Shown piece after piece: positions 8,586 through 17,777 of a DNA stretch of 64,000 nt. Origin of the DNA: a virus. The DNA lies in the IMG/VR virus record IMGVR_UViG_3300047548_000930, positions 3,258 through 67,257 of that record. The stretch is one strand, 5' to 3'. Numbering within the stretch: position 1 is the stretch's first letter; each line of letters begins with the position of its first letter. The notes beneath the pieces are model-generated. The model worked only from the letters and a program-made list of their open reading frames with translations, made no database searches and was not told the DNA's origin. Both the position numbers and the translations under genes were made by a program.

Positions 8586-8845
8586 ACTGCTTCCTTTGCA
8601 AGTCTCACCATCTGTTGGAACTGCTCATAACTTGCTTTAACAGCAGGGTTAGAGTAAATGAGTGCTTGTTGTTCTCGCCACTCACGTTCCATATTCTCTA
8701 GTCTTTCAATAAGACTACGGAATGATGGTGAAACTCCAACAGTAAACTTTAATGCAGGTTGCCCGTTGCTATAATCCTGCATTGTGTTTGTTTGAATATA
8801 CTGATAATCGCCTTCAATTTTAATCATTTGATTCGTCCAAATCAT
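8582..8845 (-). CDS. Hypothetical protein (KYPAL-like C-terminus)
   Basis: LIYSNPAVKASYEQFQQMV. Confidence 0.6.
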   Translation of the reverse strand: MIWTNQMIKIEGDYQYIQTNTMQDYSNGQPALKFTVGVSPSFRSLIERLENMEREWREQQALIYSNPAVKASYEQFQQMVRLAKEAV

Positions 8846-10568
8846 CCATCTTTGTTTGATCTAATTCGTATTCATCTTCAATGCTAACGCTATCATCTAC
8901 TAATACTTCTGGAGTATCAAACATTGCATTAAAACCAGTCTTACTGTTAAGTGTTTTCTTACCAACAGCACCACGTTGTCCAATGATGCGTAGATAGAAC
9001 TTATCCCACTTCTCAATTTCTGCCTCTGCTTCTGCACGATTAGTTTTTGAGAAAATGCTATCAATAATATCTCTAAACACTACACGTTCAAAGCGTTCAT
9101 CAATAAGCATTGCAGGGAACATGCCCTTATTATAATAAGCATCGTTAGCACGTTGTACAGCTAGAATGTGTAACCAAGTATTGTGACCCATTTGAAGGGC
9201 ATAACTGAAAGTATCCCAACTTGTTTTAGATACAACACCCATCTTGTTTGCTTTGTTTGGGGGATATACACAAACGTCTTTAACTTCTAGTAGTTCTGAT
9301 ACTGGGCTATCTTCAAACTCTAGAACAATCTTTTCTTGCAGTAACCCATCCCGCAATGAACGTGTATCGCTGCTATACTTGCGGTTATCAATGCTGGGCT
9401 CCATTTTGTAAATCCACTTCTCTCTATCCTCTAAGCGAATAGTGGTGTAGATCAAACCATTAGCATTGGCGAGGAATGGGCTTGCACAATCAAAACTAAT
9501 TGTGAAGTTTGGATTATAATACTTGCGTACAGCATTTTGTAGATCAGTAAGCAATACAGCCCACTCCATCTTTGATGTACCCAAGAAGTGCATCCAATCA
9601 TGTACACCTTCTTGTAGTAATCCATCAAAGTGTAATGCTACAAGTCGCTTTAGGATAAGATGGATGTCGCACATATTTTGACCACCCATAGCCCACCCAT
9701 TAAAGTGCTTCTCATACTTCTTTGGATCACAAAAATCCTTCATTTGCTGATACCAATCTTCTGCATCAGCGTGTGTTTCACCCTGTAGTACGTTTAGGAA
9801 CTTACAAGCACCAGTTCTATTTTCAATAAAGAATTGATTATTATATTTGGTTGCGTTAACTGCTTCTTGATAACTGGTAATACAAGTTGCAGCAATACCT
9901 GCTGGGCTGCGACTTACCCATGCTGGAATATCAAGGATGATTCCATAATCCATGTAAGCATCCATCCAGTTAAGAACTTGCTTACGTTTTGCTTGTGCTG
10001 CATCAAGTTTAGCTTGATACACTTTTGCGTGATCAACTTTCCTATACTTTGGATTGCCATTGCGATCAAGTTTTGGATTACCAGATTGATCAATGAGTGG
10101 GATCATATCAACACCTCTAGCAACTTGCCGCGCCATTTCTGCTGCTACTTCTGGCCCAGTTGGATCTCTCCACTCACCTTCCCACTTACCTTTACCAATT
10201 TGGAAGCCCCCAGAGTCACCAAGCATAAAGCTGCTCCCATCACGGGGACGATCACGGATCATGCTTTCCTTTGGAATTACTTGTGTAATATCCAATTGTG
10301 CGTGACCTGCCGAATGCAAGCCCCATGGATAATAGAAGATGCTTTTTTGAGGATCTAAAAAGTTTAGACCCTCAACTCCTTGTGTCATCTTCTTTGGGAT
10401 ACGTTCTTTAGGAACGTAGTTTGCGTTATGTCGCTGCCTGCTTACTGCTGTATTGTAGAAAGTAGAAATGGCAGGCAAGAACACTGCATGTTTGGGGCGA
10501 AGAAGGTCATCGCCCTTTTGGAACTCATATAACTCATGATTCGATTGTTTGTTAGATTGCTCTGCCAA
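8820..10568 (-). CDS. TGT/DpdA-superfamily 7-deazaguanine transglycosylase
   Basis: GDSGGFQ, ILDIP, LNVLQG, GWAMGG, HFLGT, ISFDCASP and a late GHN, in TGT order. Confidence 0.88.
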   Translation of the reverse strand: MAEQSNKQSNHELYEFQKGDDLLRPKHAVFLPAISTFYNTAVSRQRHNANYVPKERIPKKMTQGVEGLNFLDPQKSIFYYPWGLHSAGHAQLDITQVIPKESMIRDRPRDGSSFMLGDSGGFQIGKGKWEGEWRDPTGPEVAAEMARQVARGVDMIPLIDQSGNPKLDRNGNPKYRKVDHAKVYQAKLDAAQAKRKQVLNWMDAYMDYGIILDIPAWVSRSPAGIAATCITSYQEAVNATKYNNQFFIENRTGACKFLNVLQGETHADAEDWYQQMKDFCDPKKYEKHFNGWAMGGQNMCDIHLILKRLVALHFDGLLQEGVHDWMHFLGTSKMEWAVLLTDLQNAVRKYYNPNFTISFDCASPFLANANGLIYTTIRLEDREKWIYKMEPSIDNRKYSSDTRSLRDGLLQEKIVLEFEDSPVSELLEVKDVCVYPPNKANKMGVVSKTSWDTFSYALQMGHNTWLHILAVQRANDAYYNKGMFPAMLIDERFERVVFRDIIDSIFSKTNRAEAEAEIEKWDKFYLRIIGQRGAVGKKTLNSKTGFNAMFDTPEVLVDDSVSIEDEYELDQTKMDDLDESND

Positions 10569-10578
10569 AATTTACCCC

Positions 10579-11310
10579 TTACTTTGAAAGCATTGGAATG
10601 ATGTAGTCATAATTAGCAAGACCTGAATCAACGCTAATCATCATTCCTGGTCCACCCATCTGGATTGTCTTGTTGCCAGCGAGTGTTAGTACACTATTTA
10701 CCACGAGAACTGGCACTACAATAGTTTCCTTAACCTTCTTATCAACACCAGTGTGGAATACGAAGCTACCATTGTGTGAAGAACCATCACCAATGTTTGC
10801 ACGTACATCACCGTTTTCAATACGGAATGTAACTGCCTTCTCTTCTGGGTGTGCAGATGTTTGATACTTTAGACGCTGCTGTGCAGCAACAGTTGGCTCA
10901 AACGTGCAAGGCCAGCTTGTAACGTTGAACTTTAGTAGTGGTTCAATGTTTTCAATAATGTTTGAAGCCATCAAGCGGAATTCATTCTTGAAGTCCCCTG
11001 TTGCGTTTTCAAACTTAATATTAACTGGCTGTTCAACATTGTTTACAGCTCTGCGATCAACAGTTAGCGTTGCACCGTCATCCTGATATTCAGGAATGTT
11101 TAGTAGTGTGCTGAGTAGTGGAAGATTGGGGATACCAAATAGTCCTTCAAACTCAGGAATAACACCGTGAAGCTTAGCACGAAGAACTACAGTACGTTCC
11201 TTTTCAGTTGAACTTAGCTTAGTTTCCTTGTCAGTACCGTCAACACGGAGGTTGTCGAAACAACCAAGGCTAACAGTATGCTTAACGATATCGATTAGAT
11301 AGTCTTTCAT
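10579..11310 (-). CDS. DNA sliding clamp (T4 gp45-like)
   Basis: About 240 aa, beta-rich two-domain pattern, next to the DNA polymerase. Confidence 0.7.
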   Translation of the reverse strand: MKDYLIDIVKHTVSLGCFDNLRVDGTDKETKLSSTEKERTVVLRAKLHGVIPEFEGLFGIPNLPLLSTLLNIPEYQDDGATLTVDRRAVNNVEQPVNIKFENATGDFKNEFRLMASNIIENIEPLLKFNVTSWPCTFEPTVAAQQRLKYQTSAHPEEKAVTFRIENGDVRANIGDGSSHNGSFVFHTGVDKKVKETIVVPVLVVNSVLTLAGNKTIQMGGPGMMISVDSGLANYDYIIPMLSK

Positions 11311-11335
11311 CTTTCATCCTATGTTTAATGTATGT

Positions 11336-11364
11336 AGAATAGCGTGTTGACCGTATAAGGTCAA
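11336..11364 (-). promoter_or_regulatory. Sigma70-type promoter with a palindrome over the -35
   Basis: TTGACC-N17-TATTCT; TTGACC-N6-GGTCAA inverted repeat at 11347-11364. Confidence 0.55.
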
Positions 11365-11374
11365 ATTATATAAT

Positions 11375-12403
11375 TTACTTGCCGTTCACTAATTTACGAA
11401 TTAATTCAATTCGCTTTTTATGATGTAACTCGTGATTTTTAAAGGAAGGTTGTTGTTTTATATATCCAACGCTAGGATATTTCTTTATTAGTTTTCTGTT
11501 TCCATTTTTTTGGAATATCATGTAACTGAATGTTTCTTTACCAGAAATAACATTTTCGAGTACAGATAAATCTTGTCTACATAAAAAGTTAATGTACATA
11601 TGTGGGGTAGTGTAAGTCATATTTCCATCTTCAAACATTTTAAAACCACGAACTGTTGCACAATTATTATAATTAAAAATTAATATGCCTCCCGGCATCA
11701 ATTTTTCTATAAATTTTTGTAGTATAATTTGAATTGTATTCCAAGGTAAAAACGGAAACTCGTTAAACGCAACAATTAATCCAATATCATTGTTGGGTAA
11801 TAAATTAATATCGTTAAGATGGTAAAATTTTAATTTTCTAATGAAATCTAAATGAAACTTGTCCTTTTGTAAAGGAAAATATTCTTTATGCTGTTCCATT
11901 ATGTACATTGGTTCACAGCTTTTAACAGCCTCTAATAAATCTGTATTTTTAGCACCATATATTAACCCTGGATGTAACCAATTTGAATAATTAAGAACTT
12001 TTGCTGCAAAGGCATCAAATTCTTCTTTATTTGGGGGCCAAAGTTTTATCCATTCAAGTTGCTCGTGAAATAACATTTTTTCAGAATTCTTCCTCCAAAT
12101 ATCTTCACTAGCAGTCATGTATTGATCAGAATCACCATATACGATTTTTTTAAGATTTTTACTAATTGATAAAGCATTATTATGATATTTTTCTAAAAGT
12201 AGTTTTATCTCTTTAGCTAATTCTTTTTGTTCAGCAGTGCTAACATATGTTAAATCTGCCAAGTTAGATTCTACATCTGCAATGTATTTGTTTATTACCT
12301 CAGTTGTAGATGCAAAATCTAACTTTTCTAACTCAATTGATTTCTTTAATAAATCGCTTAATTTAAGGCCCATGGATATATTTAATTTATCCAAACATTG
12401 CAT
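11375..12403 (-). CDS. Class I SAM-methyltransferase-like protein with coiled-coil N-terminus
   Basis: IGLIVAFNEF and KLMPGGILIFNY motifs; the SAM-binding loop looks degenerate; AT-rich. Confidence 0.55.
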   Translation of the reverse strand: MQCLDKLNISMGLKLSDLLKKSIELEKLDFASTTEVINKYIADVESNLADLTYVSTAEQKELAKEIKLLLEKYHNNALSISKNLKKIVYGDSDQYMTASEDIWRKNSEKMLFHEQLEWIKLWPPNKEEFDAFAAKVLNYSNWLHPGLIYGAKNTDLLEAVKSCEPMYIMEQHKEYFPLQKDKFHLDFIRKLKFYHLNDINLLPNNDIGLIVAFNEFPFLPWNTIQIILQKFIEKLMPGGILIFNYNNCATVRGFKMFEDGNMTYTTPHMYINFLCRQDLSVLENVISGKETFSYMIFQKNGNRKLIKKYPSVGYIKQQPSFKNHELHHKKRIELIRKLVNGK

Positions 12404-15047
12404 TAAACGAATTGTTATTACCTACAGTGCTGCTTAGATTCCAGTTTAGAACGCCAAGCAAGTTCTCAACCTTGCCATCAACGATAGTCGATTCCATTGC
12501 GCTGTGATCAAAAGGTAAATCTAAGAACCATTCTGGCAAGTGATTTTCGTCAATTGGATACGCCACGCTCGTATAACCAATGGGATTATCCTTAAGTTTA
12601 CATACAATGACTTTCTGACCATCAGTAATTTTAATACTGTAATTGTCGCTGTACATCTTCTTAAGTGTATTCCAATTTAGTGCAGCTCTTACGTGTCCTG
12701 GCATATTGAACTTGCCGTTCTTCTTTTCCATGTCACCATAATATGTAAGCTTGTTAACACGCTTTGGTGTACCCTTTTCCCATGCTGGTCGTTTAGTAAA
12801 CTCCTCACGGAATGCAACAATCTTATCAAGTATGTCATGTTCTTCTGCGCCGCAAAGTACGTCTAGTAGGATCTTGCTTAAGAAGTCCTGCACTACTTTT
12901 GGAGTATCTGAACGCTTAAGATCAAGCCCCATAGCTTTTACTTTGCCTGGTTTACCATCAACATCTTGGCGCTTGCCTTCCTTATCATAAATGAGAACTG
13001 CATAACGCTTCTTTGTAATGTACAGTCCACGACTTGCCACAAGTTCGCGACCACCTTTGATGATAGCACCAAGGTCACGTGGACAATGGAATGCTTGTTC
13101 CATAAATGCTGGGAAACTTTGGTTAACTTGTTCAGCAATGCTGTCATATAGCTGTACACAAATCTCTCTGTTCCATTCCATACGACCAGCTTCAACATCG
13201 TCCTTAATAATAGGCCATGCACTAAAGTATACGGAGTCTGTATCACCGTAGATGATCGAATCACCAACGTGGTCATACTTTCCAGTAATACATTCGTTCA
13301 CATAACTGTCCATGTGCTTAGCAATGCTACGCCCAGTTAGTGTAGTGGACTGTCCAATACGCTTATCGAAGAAACGACATCCTGGATTTAAGATTGCGCC
13401 GTAAAGTGAGTTAAGGTTAATCTTCTTAACTAACTGGCGTTTGTCCCAAAACTCTATCTGTTCCTTGTCTCCTGCTGCAATAGCTTCCTTCAACTTAGCT
13501 TGCATTACTTTACGCTCTGCATACCAACGTTCAAGTAATCCTGGAACAACTCCCTTGCGCTCATAACTAAAGATCGTGCCGTTAGCACTCATAATCCACG
13601 GTTGATTGCTTTTAAAGATCATATTGTAGACTTCGTGACCAGTAAACACATCCTCAGTGCCATCTGCCCAATCAATAGTAATCTCTACGCCGCGCTTTTG
13701 TTCCATAACAGCGGTGTACTCAAGTGTGCCAAACAGACCTTCCCATGCTTCTGCGAAACTACACTTTTCTTTTTCCATCTTATTATTGATGTACTGATCA
13801 GTCATAATTGATCTTAGCTGACCGACAATAGTTTCTGGAGCCATGTTAAGCGCACGAATGGCTGAAGGATACAGTGAGTTAATGTCGATTGCACCAATCC
13901 ATTCATGCAGTCCTTTTTTAGGATATGCAACGTATGCACCAGCAGCTTGTGTATTTTCTCCATGATTTTTACGATCAGGCACAACCAAACCAAAGCTGTG
14001 TGCTTCGTTAATAATAGCTTGTTCAGTTAGTGCAACTGCGCCCATAGTTGTTTGAATTAGCACAGTGTTTTCATGTGCTAGTACGTTAGATAAATCCATA
14101 AATTTAAGTTTTGCATCAAGCTTGCCAAGTAGTGCAACGTCTTGCCTGTTATACGCAATAAACTTTTCAAAGTCTTGATTGTAAAGTTTATCCAAGCTGC
14201 CTTCATAAATTACCTTACGTTCACCAAGCTCGTAGTCACCAATAGCATCAAGCGAATAACTATGGCGTTCTTCGTAAGTGTACTTGCGATACAAGTTCAT
14301 GTAATCAACGTGTATACGGCCTACTAGATCGAATGTTTGACGAACTGCGCCAAACTTTTCATATTCGCGACCTTTTGGCATTTGCTGCCACAAACAAAAA
14401 CGTCGTGTATCATCTTTGCTTAATATACGTGCAGTGCGGTTAATGCAGTATGGGATATCATAACCTTCACTGTTCCATCCACTAAGCACATCAGCATCCT
14501 CAATTAAATCGAGGAACGTTTTCATCATGTCTGTTTCTTCTTCAAACATGAATGTGTTGTCAAACTTAGCGCCAATCTCATTTGCGCTTTCCATGCTCAT
14601 TCCATTTGGCGGAATTGCAAGTGTGACAAGCTGATCTAGCCACTGCAAATAAACTGTAATTGCTGTAATCTTAGTAAACGGATCTTCGGGTGTACTAAAT
14701 CCCTTTTCAGGATCGAAATCTGTTTCGATGTCGAAGAATGCTACGTGTAGCTTGGGTGCGTCCTTCCCTAAATAGTTTTCTGCAAGACAACGGAACACAG
14801 GATTCATATCACTTTCCCATGTTGTCTTGCCCTTACGCATAGCAAGTTCTTTACGGAACTCTTTATTGTTGCGTGTACTAAACCTGCTTACAGGTGTATC
14901 ATAAATTGTTTTGAATTTACCCTTGGGATCATCATAGTAAAAGATGTACTGGGCTGGATAATCTGTATAACGGCGCTCGCCATTTACTCGCTCCACAATG
15001 TGGATACGATCTCGTTCTCTGTCAAACAGGGCATCTACATAACTCAT
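12387..15047 (-). CDS. Family B DNA polymerase (T4 gp43-like)
   Basis: Exonuclease FDIET, SGWNSEGYDIPY and YNRQD; polymerase DINSLYPS, KINLNSLYG, YGDTDS and KKRYA; no intein or intron. Confidence 0.98.
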   Translation of the reverse strand: MSYVDALFDRERDRIHIVERVNGERRYTDYPAQYIFYYDDPKGKFKTIYDTPVSRFSTRNNKEFRKELAMRKGKTTWESDMNPVFRCLAENYLGKDAPKLHVAFFDIETDFDPEKGFSTPEDPFTKITAITVYLQWLDQLVTLAIPPNGMSMESANEIGAKFDNTFMFEEETDMMKTFLDLIEDADVLSGWNSEGYDIPYCINRTARILSKDDTRRFCLWQQMPKGREYEKFGAVRQTFDLVGRIHVDYMNLYRKYTYEERHSYSLDAIGDYELGERKVIYEGSLDKLYNQDFEKFIAYNRQDVALLGKLDAKLKFMDLSNVLAHENTVLIQTTMGAVALTEQAIINEAHSFGLVVPDRKNHGENTQAAGAYVAYPKKGLHEWIGAIDINSLYPSAIRALNMAPETIVGQLRSIMTDQYINNKMEKEKCSFAEAWEGLFGTLEYTAVMEQKRGVEITIDWADGTEDVFTGHEVYNMIFKSNQPWIMSANGTIFSYERKGVVPGLLERWYAERKVMQAKLKEAIAAGDKEQIEFWDKRQLVKKINLNSLYGAILNPGCRFFDKRIGQSTTLTGRSIAKHMDSYVNECITGKYDHVGDSIIYGDTDSVYFSAWPIIKDDVEAGRMEWNREICVQLYDSIAEQVNQSFPAFMEQAFHCPRDLGAIIKGGRELVASRGLYITKKRYAVLIYDKEGKRQDVDGKPGKVKAMGLDLKRSDTPKVVQDFLSKILLDVLCGAEEHDILDKIVAFREEFTKRPAWEKGTPKRVNKLTYYGDMEKKNGKFNMPGHVRAALNWNTLKKMYSDNYSIKITDGQKVIVCKLKDNPIGYTSVAYPIDENHLPEWFLDLPFDHSAMESTIVDGKVENLLGVLNWNLSSTVGNNNSFNAMFG

Positions 15048-15211
15048 TGTGGTTGCTCCTCGTCTCTAATCTTAGCAACATCTTCGTCTTTGTATTTTTC
15101 AAGTATGCATTCTCGTATGCAACCATTTGGATGAGGACAATCATCACAGCGAGGAACTTCATTATCGGCTTCTAGCCAATAGGATTCTATCCAATGTTCG
15201 TTTTTATACAT
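15044..15211 (-). CDS. 55-aa four-cysteine microprotein (not in ORF track)
   Basis: MYKNEHWIESYWLEADNEVPRCDDCPHPNGCIRECILEKYKDEDVAKIRDEEQPQ; AGGAG SD; ATGA overlap with the polymerase start. Confidence 0.7.
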   Translation of the reverse strand: MYKNEHWIESYWLEADNEVPRCDDCPHPNGCIRECILEKYKDEDVAKIRDEEQPQ

Positions 15212-15300
15212 TCACTTCTCCTAGTCACTTACGGCTGACCTACCTCTACATGCAACTATGTTGCGTTTTAATTTATAACAAATCTGTTGGGGATTAACAA

Positions 15301-15876
15301 TTAACTTTTCCATATAGCATACAAGCTATAGCGGTTAAAGTTTTCCGGCAATGGTGTTGTCATCCAATGGGTAACCTTAAAGTCATTGTTCATTATGTAA
15401 CCAGAATTACTATTATATGGCAAGGATATATTTTCTCCTTCATATGAAAAATTGGTAGCTAAGTTAGCATTGCAATTATTTAGATATATTTGCAAACTAG
15501 TACCAATAACTGGGTTATCCGTATGCGCCTCAATTTTATATGGACTAACATCTTTCCAAATGTTTAATCCAAGGAACTTACTGTGATTAGTTGATAATAG
15601 TGTGTTGACTTCTCCAGTAATAGATTCCATGCAAATATGGACTTCTTCAACTACAGTATCAAACTCCCAATTAAGTAATTGTCTGCCTAGTAGCGGCGGA
15701 TCAGCAGCTTTCCAATTTTCATAACTATCTAAATATTTTAAAAACTTATCTAATAATGGTTGATATATAAAATCACTCACAGCATAGATGTGAGGACAAG
15801 CGGTTTTTGTAGCAGCAGACGTTTTTTCTTTTGAATAAGCAATGCTGTCGTCTATTAGGGGTTGATCAATTGGCAT
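15301..15876 (-). CDS. 2OG-Fe(II) oxygenase
   Basis: HTD (HxD), LQIYL, distal H (THWM) and R-x-S (RYS). Confidence 0.82.
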   Translation of the reverse strand: MPIDQPLIDDSIAYSKEKTSAATKTACPHIYAVSDFIYQPLLDKFLKYLDSYENWKAADPPLLGRQLLNWEFDTVVEEVHICMESITGEVNTLLSTNHSKFLGLNIWKDVSPYKIEAHTDNPVIGTSLQIYLNNCNANLATNFSYEGENISLPYNSNSGYIMNNDFKVTHWMTTPLPENFNRYSLYAIWKS

Positions 15877-15877
15877 T

Positions 15878-16957
15878 TTAATTTCCTCTGTCTATGTCCG
15901 CTGTTAAGCAATGTAGCCCTGAATCCCAAAAATTGATATGGCGAAATGGAAATACGTGGGGAGTAATTCCATGCTTTTCAAGTATCTTAAAGTTGTTTTC
16001 GTTTTCTGTTACACACCCAATATTGTTTTCGTCTAGGAATAGCATGTTAACGTCAAAGGTAGATTCAGTAATATCACCAGTCCATGTGCTAAAATACTGA
16101 TCGATAAAGTTGCAAAATTCTTTATCATGCTGGGCATCTTTTAAAATCCATTTGCCATTATTAAGAGACTTGTATTTAGAACTGTTTGAACTAATAGATG
16201 GATTATTGTAAATTATTTGCCACCCTGGAAATGCTTTATGATAAACGGAAACGTCAATGTCTCTACTTGAGAAAATTAATCCTTCACATGCAATAAACAT
16301 TACACCATCTAAATGCCCTTCACTTGGTAACACAACGCATTCATATTCAGGAAAGAACTCATTTGCTTTACGTTGTACTTCATTAATATTATCTCCTGGC
16401 CATGTTCCAACATAAATTTTATTATTGAACAAACGATACATAGCTGAATCAATTTTTTGATCATATACTATGCGTTGACCACTCATCATACTTTCTAAGG
16501 ATTTAAAGCAACTAAAATCGTAATCGAACAAATCCTCAATACATTTAACTCCAAACATATTCAATTCTTGTTTGATAGTTTCATCTAAATCGTCAATGTT
16601 ATTTGGAGGATTTACAGGCCAAGATTCACCTCTTAGTGCATCCCATTTAGTGTTTAAGCTAGGTGTTGGCATATAAAATGTATTACCAATCATAGCAAGA
16701 TGATCTCTCGGAGTTAACATACTAGGTAATACTTTGTTACCAACTTTAAAAGTAGTATCAGATGGTCGTAAAACTTTTATGTTGTGTGATAATAAAGATT
16801 TTTCTATTTGATTTAAATCTTCTTCTGTTTCTATCACTAAAGTTTCGAGTATATTTCTAATCCTACTATCATCGATGTAGGAAAAAACGTTAGGATTATA
16901 TGTTTTGCCTAACATACAAACGTTAAGTTTGTCTCTGCTATTTTTGATTTTATACAT
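15878..16957 (-). CDS. Amidinotransferase (glycine / inosamine-phosphate amidinotransferase-like)
   Basis: PRD, GHLDG, FDVNML and WDSGLHC (catalytic Cys). Confidence 0.85.
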   Translation of the reverse strand: MYKIKNSRDKLNVCMLGKTYNPNVFSYIDDSRIRNILETLVIETEEDLNQIEKSLLSHNIKVLRPSDTTFKVGNKVLPSMLTPRDHLAMIGNTFYMPTPSLNTKWDALRGESWPVNPPNNIDDLDETIKQELNMFGVKCIEDLFDYDFSCFKSLESMMSGQRIVYDQKIDSAMYRLFNNKIYVGTWPGDNINEVQRKANEFFPEYECVVLPSEGHLDGVMFIACEGLIFSSRDIDVSVYHKAFPGWQIIYNNPSISSNSSKYKSLNNGKWILKDAQHDKEFCNFIDQYFSTWTGDITESTFDVNMLFLDENNIGCVTENENNFKILEKHGITPHVFPFRHINFWDSGLHCLTADIDRGN

Positions 16958-17777
16958 TTAAATTTGTTAATATACTTCCACAATCATACGAAATAGGATC
17001 ACCATCAAAACGTATAATTGTTAATAGATTAGTTGGATTTGTATTCAATGATCTGCAAAGGTCATTATAATATGTTCCATATTTGTTCCACAAATGATCA
17101 CGAGTAAATGTATTAAGCATGTGCATACCGCATGAAAACTTGTTTGAGTTAATTGGACCATAGTAGTGATTCATTATAGTAATTGAATCCATTGTGCGTT
17201 GACGAGACCAACGTAATCCAACTTTGTTCCAAGTCATTGCAAACTTAGATAAACTCATTGCAAATGATTGTATGCGAGGATGCGACAAATCAATATTTAA
17301 TCCACTTGCAAGTGGTAACCACGCAAAGTCAATATGTATGTCGATGTTTCGTTCTTCACAAACTCTTAATAGTTGATTCCACTCTGGACGCATACCACCA
17401 TAGCCATAGTGTGGTAATGTGATTATTAACGGCATGTTAGGTTTAAGATCTTCAACTTTAACACCATACTTGCCCATTAAGCCATAATAAGCATATTCGT
17501 TTTCAATTATTTGAAAGTTGTCTTTACCATAGCGTATGAAAAAAGATTCAATATATTGTGTATTACCAGTTGTTATGTCAATTTGATCAAATTGTTCCCA
17601 CCCGTATAATGTATTAAGTTTAGATGATTTAAACCAAGCATCAGCAGTTGATTTAAACTCTTCTCTTGAAACTTCAACTTGTGGATTTTTAAACCAATTT
17701 TCTTTGAATTGTGAAAATTCTTTATCCCTGATAATATTAAGGGCAGGTGAAAGTTGTCCTTTAGTAAATTGAAACAT
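16950..17777 (-). CDS. PLP-dependent enzyme, aminotransferase-like
   Basis: HIDFAW, SLSK (PLP lysine) and KVGLR. Confidence 0.72.
   Translation of the reverse strand: MFQFTKGQLSPALNIIRDKEFSQFKENWFKNPQVEVSREEFKSTADAWFKSSKLNTLYGWEQFDQIDITTGNTQYIESFFIRYGKDNFQIIENEYAYYGLMGKYGVKVEDLKPNMPLIITLPHYGYGGMRPEWNQLLRVCEERNIDIHIDFAWLPLASGLNIDLSHPRIQSFAMSLSKFAMTWNKVGLRWSRQRTMDSITIMNHYYGPINSNKFSCGMHMLNTFTRDHLWNKYGTYYNDLCRSLNTNPTNLLTIIRFDGDPISYDCGSILTNLNV

Noticed and set aside
12387-15047. Intein or split in the DNA polymerase
   Set aside because: Motifs are contiguous at normal spacing in 886 aa.
15878-16957. Amidinotransferase as the archaeosine (dG+) synthase
   Set aside because: Its motifs are of the glycine/inosamine amidinotransferase family, not ArcS, GAT-QueC or QueF-L, and no QueC is visible in the window.
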